A DNA stretch of 64,000 bases from Balanoglossus misakiensis (Eukaryota; Animalia; Hemichordata). The stretch covers positions 1,201,690-1,265,689 of the forward strand of contig CM082595.2 of assembly GCA_040954595.2 (NCBI GenBank). Reading direction: 5' to 3'. The first letter of the stretch is position 1; each line of letters begins with the position of its first letter. Positions 37,001-52,000 of the stretch are shown in pieces. A model generated the notes under the pieces. That model searched no databases. It saw nothing but the letters and a program-made list of their open reading frames with translations, and was not told where the DNA came from. A program made the translations under genes and the position numbers.

Positions 37001-40000
37001 ATAAAATACGTGATGAACCAACCATTGGTATCCAAAACAACAGAGTGGTCACACTGAGAGAGGTAAGAATCTGCAACTTGAATGTAGTGGAAATAAATTT
37101 CTGTACATGTGGAATGGTCAGAGTCAAGAAAGTTACAGTGTAATTTGTAATTTTGAAAGATTCATCAAGTCTATTAAAAGTGGCATATCCATGATTTTCA
37201 TAATTCTGTTTTTAAATACAGTATGGTTGGAGTCGAGTGGATATTGGTCGAAGTGATATTCCAAGCCTTACTCAACTTTCAAGACAGGATATGATGATGG
37301 TGCTTCAGAATATTGATTTGTTCCTGATTAGGGCGTCCTACCATTCATTTATGACTTATTCAAGGTAAGAGTTTTTGTTGTTGATATGTGATAGAGTGGT
37401 CCCATATCCATTCAGAAAACTGTCTAGTTCTCGACATTCTGTACACTGCAACTAATCAGTTAGTGTCCACTCTGTTTCAGTTTGAGTGACATCTCCTTGG
37501 ACATTGCAATACCCGAGAGCACCGGTCAGCCAAAAGCAGCACTGGTTGAAGACTGTCAGTGTCCAGAGGGATATGGTGGACTATCTTGTGAAGTAAGTCA
37601 TCTCCTTATCTCTCCACAGTCTATTAACCCTTTCATCACCATGGTTTCTGTTAAATGCATCTTCTTTATGTCATTTTCTAAACTGCAATATTTATTTTGA
37701 CAGGACTGTGCCAGAGGTTACTACCGGATCAGAAACAATCCATTCTTAGGCGGATGTATTCCCTGTGATTGCAATGGGAAATCAGATGAATGTGATCCCG
37801 AGACTGGAGTTTGCATTGTAAGTAACATCTTTGTGTGTGCTGTTATACTTTTGATGGTTATTGCGTGTGATTTTCTTTGATTGGTTATTGTAATTTAAAG
37901 AGGTTTTTTTCTTCTCCATTGTAAGTGCTTCAGTTCATATTGTTCTTGTTGTTGTTTATATTTAGGGTTGTAATGACAACACAGCAGGAGATAACTGTGA
38001 AATGTGCAAAGACGGTTTCTATCTGGACCGCCGTACAAGACAGTGTGAACAGTGTGAATGTCCGTTGGCATCACAATCAAACAAGTAAGTTGAAATCATC
38101 CAAAGAAAATTGCAGTCATGAAACTTTTCTAATTATTTGCTGATTCTTGGCATGGTAGACTTTCAAACTTTTCATTTCTTGGACTTTATAGTAATGGACT
38201 TTTCACATAATAGTGAAGGCAACAATGTAATTTTGTTTTCTTCTAAAGCTTTTCACCAACCTGTTATCAAGATTTAGATGGCGATGTCAGTTGTGATTCT
38301 TGTCCAGAAGGATATACAGGAAGGACATGTGAACGGTATGATAATCAATTTTTAAAAGTTATTTGCAATGTCTCAAGAATGTGTTGAGAGTCAGAGTAAC
38401 CAAAGTTATATGTTGATTAAACCTTTAACATATCATTATTAAATGCTGTCTTAGTAGTCAAATATGAATAGTATTATTTAATATTATAGATGTGACTCTG
38501 GTTATGAAGGTGACCCGACCATTCCAGGCAGTGGCTGCACCAAGAAAAAAGGTAATGCTTTCAATGCATTTGTACAGTGTACCATATAAATCCTTCAATT
38601 AGGCACTAGACAGATCTGACTATATAACATTTATCAGTTGATAAGCACCAGGAAAGACTAGAAATTTTGATGACCCATCTGCGAATGACATGTAGTGTGC
38701 ATACATATTAAAGAAAAAACCTTACTTTTTGCATACAGATGACCTGCAAGAATGTGATAGCCGTGGTAGTCTTAGTACAGCTCCCAATCAACGATGTGAA
38801 TGCAAGGTATAAGTCAAAATGTCTACTGTTTCTTAATTTCTTGTAATAATAGTCTTAAATGAAAGCTATACGCATGGCGATGGTTGATCTGTTTCTATCT
38901 GTATCCATAGTGATGTCTGATTTGTTTCTTTGGTTACAGAGGAACGCTGAAGGAGAAAAATGTGACCAGTGTCCACCAAACACATTCCACTTATCAGCTG
39001 ACAATCCAGATGGCTGTATATCTTGTTTCTGTATGGGCATAACAGATCAGTGTTCTAGTACAACATGGAACAGAAATCAAGTATGGATATCAACACTATC
39101 AGTCTACTCTGAGGCCAGCAATATATATGAGCTACTGTCAGGGCAGACATACATCTCCTATGCTTACACGTACAGCATTTATAAGGCTGCTCAATTTCTG
39201 ATTTATTAATTAATTTATAAAATAAAATATGATTGATTCAGTAATCAGATAATAATCTTATCTGCTCTTTCTATCAACAGGCCGTGACAACATTCAACAG
39301 TGACAGAGATGTTCAAGGATTTTCATTGGTTGATCAATTTGGAACCAGAACAGGTGGCATTGTAACCAGACTAAACTCTCGGGAAGCCGTAGTGACTGGC
39401 TTCTCCGCATTGTCTCCATCTGGTGTATACTACTATCAACTGCCGGCAAAATTCCGTGGAAACAAGGCAAGTCTTGGTTATCCAGTCCAGACCCAATAAT
39501 GAGGCATGTCAAATATTGTAGATACAGTTTGATAACCTTTACATTGGTGGAATTGGATTATATATTACAGGTGACATCTTATGGTGGACATTTGAGATAC
39601 ACAATTTCTTACAGAGCCAGTCCTGGTACCTCTTCTATCAATGAACCTGATGTGATCCTGCAGGTAATGTACAATAGATGATTTTCCACTCATTGCAAGA
39701 TCTCGCATGACTTTGTTACTTACAGTAGCAATGTGTTGAGAGATACTCACCATTTGAAACTTGCACTACAAACCGTAATTCTTATGTATGGACACTACTG
39801 TACATTCTTGTCATATAGGGTAATGGTATCACATTGTATTATCATGCGAGAGAATCCATTCCCACCAGTGGTCAAGTTTCCTATCAAGTACCTTTCTATG
39901 AGGTAAGTCAATCACAACTCTATAACTATTGGTACTTAAAGGCATTAAAATCTGCCACATTAAATGGTAATGAAAAACATGACTTTGCAAGCTCTTTAAT

Positions 40001-43000
40001 AATTTTTTGGTATGTTATTTGTAGAATGCATGGAGTCGTTCAGACAGAAATCCAGTCTTGCGCGAGTTTTTGATGATGGCTTTAGCAGACGTTGAAATGT
40101 TGATGGTCCGAGCCTCGCTCACATCCAATATGTTCGAATCAAGGTAAGTTGGTGGTTCAGTGGTTCAATTTGCACAGGTGACTCGACTATATACCTTAAA
40201 GAAACAGTGACAAAACAACAATGTAAGACAAGACAAATGAGAATTGTTTACATTTGTGTCACTCCACAGTATCAAGGATGTGTCGATGGATTTTGCTGAA
40301 CCACAAGAGACTGGACAAGACAGAGCTTACACCGTAGAGCAGTGTAGATGTCCTGAAGGATACAGAGGTCTTTCATGTGAGGTAGGATAGAGAGATGGTG
40401 TTCAAATGACATGATATGAGATATCTTGTGTCATTGATGATGGGTATGTATACAGACATGGCATGTGACTAGTTGTATATTTCTTTTACAGGACTGTGAT
40501 ATTGGATACACTCGATCTCAAGGTGGTTTGTACCTGGGCACTTGTATGCCATGTGAGTGTAATGGCCATGCGAGGGACTGTGACTCGGAAACTGGTGAAT
40601 GTGTTGTAAGTTGACATTTCAGTCTCTATATATCTACAATCACACTGTTTCCACCCCGTTTATATCTTTTTTCCTGAATTTGAAACTGATCTGGTGAATT
40701 TTCTGTTTTTTCTCAGGGTTGTCTCCATAATACAGAAGGTGCCAATTGTGATATTTGCATTGATGGTTACTATGGTGACCCAACTGCTGGAACCCCAAGA
40801 GATTGTCTGCCATGCCCGTGTCCCTTGACGACACCACCAAATCAGTAAGTGACAAAATTTGGTCTGTATCAAAGGATGAAACATCATTAATCAAATGAAA
40901 CATGATCAAATCAAGACACCCTGTCTAGACTGTGATTTGACTGTAATTGTTTCACGTTTTTTTCAGGTTTTCACCAACCTGTATCTTGGATACAGATGGG
41001 AGACCCACATGTACTGCATGTCCTGCAGGTTACGTTGGAAGAAACTGTGAAAGGTAATTTAAAGGGATGCTTGTGTGAAATCCGCTAACAGCCCACTTGC
41101 ATCATTTCTTCAAATTCTTCTAGAATCTGTTATCAACAGTTATATACCTACAGTGTGTAATTTACATGACGTATCCTGTTGTGTTGTGTGTTTTCTCCTC
41201 AGATGTGAAGATTCATACGTTGGTGACCCACAGCGCATAGGAGATCGGTGTCGACAAACTCCTGGTATGTTTACAAAAATACTCCACATATCCATCAGAA
41301 ACATCATAATTCTAACACCCACTTGTGAAAAGAAAGGGATTTTTGTACAAACATGTGGATGACAACATATGATCCACTTAAATCTGGACACTATAATTTG
41401 TGTAATACTGTGCTGAAATTCAGTATGAATGTCCAATATTCTGTTTCTGCAAGTACAGATTATTTAGGCAATGACAATTTTCTTCACAGATGGTCTGTGT
41501 AATTGTGATGACAGAGGTAGTACTGGCGATGAATGTGACAGCAGTGGACAGTGTCCTTGTAAGGTAAGTGGCATAGATACATTAATCTCACAAAGTTATT
41601 CATTTTGTAGTGTTGGTCCTTTGATTTTAACAGAGAATTTTATCGTTGTTGAAATTTTGTTTTGTAGTGTGTTTCTCTGTGTGATTGGTGTTGATCCATC
41701 TACCATACTAACCGTTAATGTCTCTATTCTTTGACAGTCCAGTGCTGACGGCAAGAACTGTGATGTATGCAAAACCGGTTTCTTCAATCTAGACAGAGCG
41801 AACCCAAGTGGCTGTAATCCATGTTTCTGTATGGGTGTAACTGATATGTGCAGAAGCTCCGACTACTACAGGAATGAGGTCTGTTTTATTCCAAAATAAT
41901 ATTCCTTTACTGTTCAGAAAATAATACAAATATGTTTAGTGCAGTGACTTGAATTTTGCAGAGCTTTGATCGCCAAGAACAGATGATTGAATGTGAAATC
42001 CATTTCTTTTATTATACAGGTCACAGTAACATTTGATTCCCCGACCAACAGCAAAAGCATGGCTTTAGTGAATGACAGACGCACTGCTATTATCACCACT
42101 GGATTTTCCATCAGTCCAAGCGCCAATGAAATCAGTTACACAACCTTCCGACAACTGCGCCAAGAAGTTTACTACTGGGCTTTGCCGCCGAGATTCAGAG
42201 GAAACCAAGTATGTTCAGAGTGACAGATTATATTCTCATCATATTCTGTGAAATTGTTGGATCAAAAACCATTTGAGTTGTTCAACTTGTCTTATTTGTA
42301 TTGCTTGTGTTTTGTCACAGATCACGGCATACGGTGGCTCCCTTCGCTTCACCATCTCTTATGCAGCTGAGTCTAGAGGAGATTACATCCGCAGTGATTC
42401 TGTCTATCCTGATATCAGCATTGAGGTAAGTACTTTCCAACTACTTATCATATTTTGGGCAGAAGTCCTTATGCCATTCTTTCACGGACATGAAGGAGCA
42501 TCCTGAAATGAAAGATTTTCCAGTCTACCAAAAACCGTACACACCGTATGCACCAACTGAACATTTTCTGATATTTTTTCTTGATCAGGGTAATGATATC
42601 AACCTGCACCACACATTTGCCTCTGAACTGAGACCAGGTGAAACCAGAACAGTCACTGTCCAGATGACAGAGGTGAGAATTCATCAAATCCTACAGTAAC
42701 AGAAAAAAGCGTTCCATTTGAAGTCATTGTTTGTTCACTGGTTTGTGAGCCCAGCCTGATCATTCCTGTTTGTGATGGCCTGAACTGATTATTGTCATAA
42801 TCTCTTCTACAGAACAACTTCTACCGATTTGACGGCCAGAAAACAAGTCGAGAGCACATGATGATGGTGTTAGCTGATGTCATGTTTCTGCACATCAGGG
42901 CATCGTTCAATACAGACATGAGAGAAAGTAGTTTGGCAGATATCTCCTTGGAAGTTGCAGGTGGGAATTTTATTCACTCTTCTCTCTAAATTCTTTTTAT

Positions 43001-46000
43001 TCTTGGATAAGTGACAAGCTTTGGGAAGCAAGTTTCAAATTAACTATATCAAAAGTTAACGATGTTCCATCAGGTTATTGCATGTCTTTCCTGAGTTTGA
43101 AAACTGATGTTGAATATAAGATCATGAACAGAGCCTGTGTTCCTTCACTGTTCACATTTTGCTGACACTCGATCACTCTTGATATTTCATGAACCTTACA
43201 GTTCCACAGAATACTGGCAACAGACAAGCTACAGATGTTGAACAGTGTTCCTGCCCAGAAGGTTATACAGGTCTGTCATGTCAGGTAAGTTGAAGAGACT
43301 CTAGGGTTAATGCAACAATTTATACAATAGCTGTTTCTTTTCATCTGAGACAAACAACAATTTATACAATCACTCTGTTTCTTATCAATTTTAATAGTGA
43401 AAAATTCAATGGTCAGTACAATCAGTTGGTGCAGCTCAATTTGTTTCCATTTATATTTCACACACCCGGTGAGATCGGAGTCACATACTTCTTTCTTGCT
43501 CATTGCCTTCACACAAGTTGCCTTTGGAACCCCGCAAGCATATATTCAGTACTTTTAAAATTTAACATGTGTGTTTTTTTTACTTTCCAGAGCTGTGCCC
43601 CTGGTTACATGAGGACTGGTGGTGGCTTATATCTTGGTACCTGCATGAAATGCGAATGTCACGGCCATGCTACAGAGTGCGACCCAGACACTGGTGCTTG
43701 TGTGGTAAGCTATGCAGTGAAAATAACATTGTCAATTTTAGTAAGCCTCAAAAAGCCAGAATTAATGATAACTGTCTTTTTTCCTTTTGACAGAACTGTG
43801 ATCACAACACTGCTGGTGAAAGATGTGATCAATGTTCCTCTGGTTACTATGGTGATGCTACATCAGGAACCCCAGATGATTGCAGACCGTGTACTTGTCC
43901 ATTGAATATTCCCTCCAATCAGTATGTCTCAAACATTTAATTTTGTTTGGTAATGAATGACTTCATTGTGGGTTCTTTTCATGTTAAAGGGATTGCGGTT
44001 TGACTTGTTTTCATGGTTGTTTACTCATTGTTATTCTTTCGTAGATTTTCACCGACCTGTTACCTTGACACTGATGGTTTGCCGACCTGTGATGCCTGCC
44101 AAGATGGCTACTCTGGCAGAAATTGTGAAAGGTGAGTTCGGAATTGTGTGTTGAGAAGTAATGATCTTGTGATGGGTCAGTGTGACTGGTCAGTGAAAGA
44201 CCGGTGTTTGGTCAGAATTGATACCAAGCATTGTTCATATGTCAAGTTTGAATCGGATGATGGACATTAATTTCTGAATTGTAAATCAACAAATGAAAGC
44301 TAAAATTCATTTTTCGTTTAGGTGTGACAGTGGTTATGTTGGAAATCCCGAAACACCAGGCGGTGTGTGTGAGGACGGAAGTGGTAAGACTTTAAAAGTT
44401 ACTTCAAGACAGAATTCTTTCCATGACACAGAAGTCTGACACATTTTCAGTTGTTTGAATGTTTTCTGGCCACTCTTGTTGAACCTCAATATGTCCCTTC
44501 AAACTCCACACATCACCGCAGAGTGTTGATGTTCATTTCCATTTTACTTGACAGGTTCTGGAAGACCAGCCCAGGTTGTCGTTTCACCAAGTCGAATCAG
44601 CGATTCTGTTGGATCTACAGTAACATTTGATTGCATTGTGACAGGATATTATACATCCATTGCATGGGTTAGAGCTGATGGCAAAAGTTTGCCGACCAGA
44701 GCTATCCAGTTACCAGATCTTAGCTTACAGGTAAGATGATTTTATTTCATCCATTATTCATTCGTAGCACATGCAGACTTCATTGAGATGACACCTTGCT
44801 GACCACTGGTCTTGCTCTCCAGATGATGTGAATATACATGTATTACATCTCAACATTCACACTTTCTTTGCACATATACAGATAAGAAATATTGAGAGAG
44901 ATGATGAAGGCGTGTATGTCTGTCAAGCTGTCAATCCTTTTGCTGTTGGCATCGCCCAAGGCCAGCTTACTGTGTTGAGTAAGTACAAATTGAAGTAATT
45001 GATCGTAAAACAATATTGGTTTGCTTTGTGTCCCATATCATGCAAGGAATTGAATTGATTTAGCTTGGACAAGAAACACACCACATGACCACAAATCCCC
45101 AGAGCACCTGGCACAGCTCTGAATGGAACATTTATGAAGTTCCAATCTTTCTATTGCAGCTGCTGGCCCCGCCATTCAAGTGATTGTTGAAGAACCAAGC
45201 ACTGTACAAGTTCAGGAAGGTACAACTGCCAAGATTATTTGCAGAGCTATTAGTCAGGTAAGATAGCTACCATTTAGATTATACAATACATATTGTCATG
45301 TATTTCAAAGGATTCACATACTGTAAAAATGAAATATGACATATGAATGGTTATCTTCCTATTCCACTCGTTATACATAGACAGTTGAGAGATGGCATAA
45401 ACATAAACCAATCACATTGTATTTCAGGTATCATACACATTAGTATGGACAAAGGATGGTGGCAGCTTACCATCTGGTGCTACAGATTTCATGGGGATTC
45501 TTACAATACCCAATGTGAAGGCTGAAGATAGTGGTATGTACACCTGTACAGGGTCCAATCAGTTTGCTGTGGATGAAGGCAATGCACGTCTTGTGGTAGT
45601 TGGAGGTAAGAAACAATTTATAGCTACATGTATATGATCTACTTTCATTGACTTGGTGGGATGAGGTTCGTGTATATTGGTCTGATTATAAAGGAAAATT
45701 TTGTCCTGATAAAGTTAAAGACATTTATCATTTATGGACTGAACTTCTCTTTATTATGGACACTAATACAGGTTTGGCTGTAGTTGTTTCCATAGTAACA
45801 CTTACAACCTGTTTTGTCTTGAACAGTTAGTGTAGAAGAACCCACAGTTAGAATCGATCCCCGTTTCCTTGAAGTCAACGAAGGTGATGAAGTACGCTTT
45901 ACATGCATAGCAACTGGTTTCCCACCACCCCAGTTGGAATGGACCGGAGGACAGGGAGGTGTCCTCAACCCTAAACATAGTTTTGTCAGTGGTGTCTTCA

Positions 46001-49000
46001 CCATAGCTGAGGCTGAAAGATCTGATGAGGCTGAGTATTTCTGTGCCGCGTTCAATTCTGCTGGATCTGCTAAAATAAGAACTGTACTCTATGTCAAACG
46101 TAAGTACCAGAAACGTGTCCATTTGAAAGCATGTGCAAAGATTGTAATCTGACTTGAAATCATCTTTGTATTAGATCAAGTGGTACAACTTCTGAATTTT
46201 TAAGCAATCATTTTACATGTGTTTTATATGTCTGCAATAAAAACCACTGGAATTTTGAACTGTTCTTGTAAAATCCCAGAAAGTCTTTGAAAATAACAGT
46301 TAGTTCTTGCCACATTTCAGCATCAGCATCGCCGAGAGTAACCATATCTCCAGAAGTGTTATCCATCCAAGAAGGAGACCAAGCAGTTTTCCTGTGCACA
46401 GCAAGTGGTGACCCTCGACCAACGGTTTCCTGGTCGAAGCGCAACATGCCTTTACCTGAGTCAGTTATGCAACAGAATGGATACCTTGTGATACGGGGTG
46501 TAAGTACTGTCATAAAGTTCGAAGAAGAAGCAAGTCTCTTTGTCTATGGTTAAAACAATCTTTATTACCAACATTTCGACCACACAAATGTGGTCTCTTT
46601 CAAGATCTAAAATAAAAGCTTTACCTTCATGTTTCAGGTAACAGAGGAGGTTGCTGGGACATATCAGTGTTCAGCTAGTAACGGGGTGGAAACTGCTGAA
46701 GGCACTGCGACTCTGACCGTTACACCACGTAAGTTTTTATGGTGTAAATATTCAGGACCATTTGATGTCTTTGATTCAATGTACAGTAGTCAAAAGGGAA
46801 CATATATTGCAAGTTGGTACGTGGTCATCTTTGGTTCTACAGTATAGTAATACATTGTCTTGACTTTTTTGGTTTCCATAGGGACTCGTGTTCCACCAAC
46901 AGTGACAATTGAACCCAGCAGTATAACTGTGGGGGTTGATGGTACAGCTGTTTTAAGATGTCTTGCAGATGGTGATCCTCTACCTACAGTAACTTGGAGT
47001 AGAGCTGATGGTCCCTTGGCCCGCAATCACCAGGTCAATGATTATAAATTTGAATTTGTAACAACTTGTATTTTATGGTCATGGGATTCACAACCAGACC
47101 TTCTTCACCAATTCACATAGCAAGAAAATCAACACCCAAACTTATTTGACCAATCCACACCTCAATAAAAAAACTCATTCTGTTATAACAGTGTTGAATC
47201 TTGTATTACAGGTGCTAGATAATGTTCTGCGAATCGTTCAAGCGACCACTGATGATATGGGAGCCTACATCTGTACAGCTGAGAATATTGGTGGAGTTGC
47301 TACGGCATCTACTGTGGTAGACATTGCATGTAAGTTGCATCATAAGTTAGTTACAACATAATCTTACTTTCCATTTAGTATTTAACGTATATAAAATGAG
47401 AATGCTGACACTGTCACTCAGTTCTACGTGCTGAATATGGAATTACTTTATTTTTGTCACAGTGGGTCGTGAAATACCAAGAATCGAGATTTTACCACAG
47501 GCAGATTTGACCGCTGGGGTCGGTGAAGATGTTTCTTTTGAATGCAAAGTGACCAGCGGGTTTCCTCTGCCACAAGTCACATGGACAAGAGCTGGTAATC
47601 TGCCTTTTACGACAAGAACTGCGGTAAGATGATTTTGGAGAAAATAAGATTTGTAACATTTGCTTTTAAAGTAACAGTGGGATTTCAGGAAATGCCTGTA
47701 ATAGGGTCTGATCAGTACAGGCATTGAGAAACTACATCTTTTTTATTGACAGTCGTTTAATGGAATTCTGGATTTTGTTGATGTAACAAGTGAAGAACAA
47801 GGATCATACGTTTGCACAGCCAGCAATTCTGCTGGGAGTGTTCAAGCTGGTGCTGTCCTGAGAGTTCATGGTGAGTTGGAATTGATTGTGTTCATATCTA
47901 TAGAGAAATACATCATCCCTCACAAAAGACATTCTGTATGCATCTATAGAATTCTATAGCCTATCGAATTTCTATAGAAGTTTATTGAATTTCTGTATAT
48001 GTGTCTCTGAAATGTTTCTTGTTTTACCCAGTGTGAACATGGTATATGTGTAGAGAGTTACTTTTACAGTTCATGTTTTGTTTTCAGGAATGCCCTCTGT
48101 GTCAATCAACGCTCCTGGCGTACTTGAAGTCAAAGTTGGAGAGGCGGTGTCTTTGGAATGTATGGCCGAAGGTGACCCCATGCCATCATTGACCTGGGAG
48201 AGAATGGACGAGGAAGAGATGCCGGAATCCATGGAAGTTGTCATCGATAACCAGAGTACCGGAAGCGTGGTGTTCCGGATCATTAGCGCTGCTATGGATG
48301 ATTCCGGCACATACATCTGCAAAGCCAGCAGTCCGTTTGGAGTGGTGGAAGACAGAATAGTTCTGAATGGTACGTACAATGCTGAATGGTTATAAACAGT
48401 GGGATTCTCTTACAAATACAGCGCCTTGTAGAGTATGCCATTCAAATCAAGAAATACCTCCCGCTCTGCCAAACCTTGTAATGTACTCTCCATGTTTTCA
48501 TGCAAGTCACATGACAGTGTGTTATCACTTTGTTTAGAACATTGATGTCTCATACAGTGTTAATTTTGGCTGTACACTTCATAAAATGTGGCTGCACGTG
48601 CAATTCTGTAAATTGCCTCTGCATTTTGTTGCTGTTGCTTATAGTTTGTGACCATTTCACATTTCACCAACAATTTTCTTGTCTCACTGCTGTGTTTTGC
48701 TTTCGCTGCTGCATATCGCTCTGTATTGCTACACTTGCGTGACCCTCTGCAGTGACAGTTTTGTTCTTTAAAGTACACCATTCATATAGCACTTAACTAC
48801 AACACTAACCCACATCATGCAAAACTAACATGAGTGACTTTTCTCAATCCCTTTGTGTTTGTCAATGCAAAAAATGGATTTGTACAACACAAGGAGGAAG
48901 GTTATGTGACTTTATTATCACTTAGGTATTATAAAAAGACAAATTTTTGAATGAAAATTTGATTAAAGGTAATGCATGTTGAGTGTAAATATCATCCGAT

Positions 49001-52000
49001 AGATTGCATGTTCATGAAATTGTCTACATGTTCTGCCAAAGCTGTTTGTAAGAAGCGCGTAAAATTGTGGGTCTGTATTTTGGGAAATCCTCAACTCTGT
49101 GAAAACCAGTTCAGTGGATTGTACTGATCATTGAGAACCATTCATTTCAACAGTGAATATGCCTTCTGTATGGGCCAGTAACTTCTTGGTCCATACATAG
49201 TGTATCTCTGCTGCCAGACTGATGATGTTATTGCAAACCTTGACAAGACTTTTGAGTCCGGAAATAGCAGGATGGTTCTCATGTTCAAATAGTGCACTTG
49301 TCATTAGAGTAAAGTTGACGCAGTCAGTTTGCGGTAAATGTGTGTGTGTCACCCTTCCCAGTGTGTAGATTCAGTGTCGAATTGCTCCTTATCAAAAAAT
49401 GTCCACAAATGGTTATATATTAGAATATATTGATATCAGTATTTGCACGTAAACTGTTTTCAGAGATGAAATGTCTGTACTGTCATCCCTTTGTTGAAAT
49501 CATCTGTTCCTTTCTCAACCTTTCTGCTATTTTCAAGTTCAAGGTGGGCAGTAACAATGTCAGTTAAATGAAAATAACCACTAATACAATTTAACATCAT
49601 GAATAACTTCATGGTCAAGGGTAAGTTTATTATACTCTATCCTCTTTGTCATCTAATGGTTTCATCTTTTACTCAACAGTCAGGTATGTACTCTGTCTGT
49701 ATGCTACAGACACAGACAGACACACACACAGACACTTTCTATAAACAGTACGGTATTCATAGTTTGTCGGACACTATTGCGCTATTACACAACAATTGCT
49801 TAACATATGGTCTTTGATGAATATACTAAATCTGATATCTGCCTCTGCCTACATTCATGTGACTAACAGTATCTAACATATGAGTTTGTCTTACACTGCA
49901 ATGCGCTATTACACATGGTCTTCAATGAGTGTACTAACCTGATGTCATAAACCACAGTTATTGAAGACTTGGCACCCCCAGCGGTTACAATAGTTCCAGC
50001 CCAGTTGACTGTTGGTATTGGAGAGCCGGCACAGTTCACTTGCAGTGCAGGTAAGAATTCCCAACGGCAATTCTGGCTATCTTAAAATTTAAATAGGTTT
50101 TTGATAACTTCATGGACAACAGAATTTCAAGATGGTGTTGAACAAATAGAAGTTTATATCAAGCGATATTTATTTTTTGTCCTCAGAATTTACAGGTGTA
50201 TTTGTATACTGATTCAATTTCAGATTTAGGTCTATCCAAGAATATAATGACTCTTTTTCCCCTTTGACTGCTCTTGCAGTTTCATATTTTGAAACCACCA
50301 TTGTTTGGAGGAAGAGGGATGGTGCGTTGCCTGTACAGCATTCCGTGGATAATGGCGTGCTGTACATTCCCAGTGTCATGGCATCTGATGCCGGAGAGTA
50401 CGTCTGTACCGGAAGAAATGATTTGGGAAGCAATGAAGAAGTTGTTCTACTCATTGTTCAAGGTAATTACACTGTACTTGGTCATTATCCTTGGAGGAAT
50501 CTATTTCCTACATTCTCTGATGCAGCCCTACCATATACCACCAGAACTGCCAGGATGTAAGGTCACGGGAGGTTGCTAAGCGATAGTGTCTGGCCATAAG
50601 TATCTTGGAGTGGTATGCATTGATAGATTATTGAAGTGATCGAAACCTGGCTAGTACGGACACAGGAAAATTGTCCATAACAGTGTCCTGTATAGACAGG
50701 TAATATTCTATTCAGATTGTAGCTTTTGTATGATGATTTTTAACAGTCAGCATGATATTGATTTCAGATCTGCCGATCTTCAGAGTTTCACCATCGAGTG
50801 TGGTTGTCCAGGCTGGACAACCAATTCGACTTCAAGTGATCCTGGAATCTTCCGGTGCAGGTGCGACTATTGAATGGGAAAAGGTAATTCTGTATAAGAT
50901 GTTTACTTGTTAAGTATTATTATATACTTTATTTCAGACTCGTGTGTTTATGCTTCATTTTTGCTGACAAACTGTGTCTGTATTTTGTTGCTAGGTTGGT
51001 GGGCAGTTACCACAGTCGGCGTCAGAATCTGATGGCGTGCTGTTGATTCCCGTAGCTACTGCCGCTGATGCGGGTTCTTACAGAGTTGTTGTCACTAATG
51101 AGGTTGGCAGCAAAGAACTCATTGTATCTGTAGCTGTTCAGGGTAAGTCATTGGTTGGACAGGAAAAGTAGATGAGAATTGTGTTGTGTACAAAATTTCT
51201 TCTGCAGTTTTATTTCAAAATAAGTTTATAATGAGCTAGGTCACTGAAATATGTCATTATTTTGTAGTTCTACCAACTGTTGTCGTATCTCCACTGCGAG
51301 AGATCAGATCAGAGGGTGGTTCCGTAGAGTTCCAATGTACAGCAACTGCTACACCAAGAGCCACGATTGAGTGGAGTAAAGAAATAGGAAGATTACCTTC
51401 CCAGCATTCAGTTCGAAATGGCGTTCTGAGGTATGACACAGAATTTATCTTCCTCTAGTCAAATTTGCACAAGTATTTATTGTGAATGTATTCTGACATA
51501 TCAGAGAGCTTCTCACTTGCAAGTTGAATACCTTTCAAGATTAACATACAAGTAACATTTGAGATGGCTAGATATGAATAAATTTCTGATGTTGTCTTTT
51601 AATAAAAGCATATACAATGTGAGGAAAGAAGATGCAGGAAGATATGTGTGCACTGCGACCAACTCAGGTGGTTCCTCTACTGGCTATGTTACTCTATCAA
51701 TACAAGGTTAGTGGTTTTCTGGTAGTTTTGGACGCAGCACTTTCAACCAGCATCTTTCTCTCCCAGGTTATGTGTCATTTTCTCCATGTATAGTGCATAA
51801 TACAAGTCAAAGACTGTTACATTGTTTTGTACTCTGGTAGTCCATCATGAGATTGTTTGTTTGCTTTCTAGCACTACCCAAAGTCACCATCAACATCCGT
51901 ACCCGAGTTCAAACCATTCCTGTCGGGGACTCAGTCACCTTTGACTGCCAAGCCATGGGTGACCCCAAACCGATCGTCAGATGGAGTAAACTCGATGGTC

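Noticed and set aside
49680-49752. Two further AG-NNNN-GT 4-nt microexon-like spots (TCAG at 49680, TACG at 49749)
   Set aside because: They are not frame-preserving individually and there is no supporting evidence.
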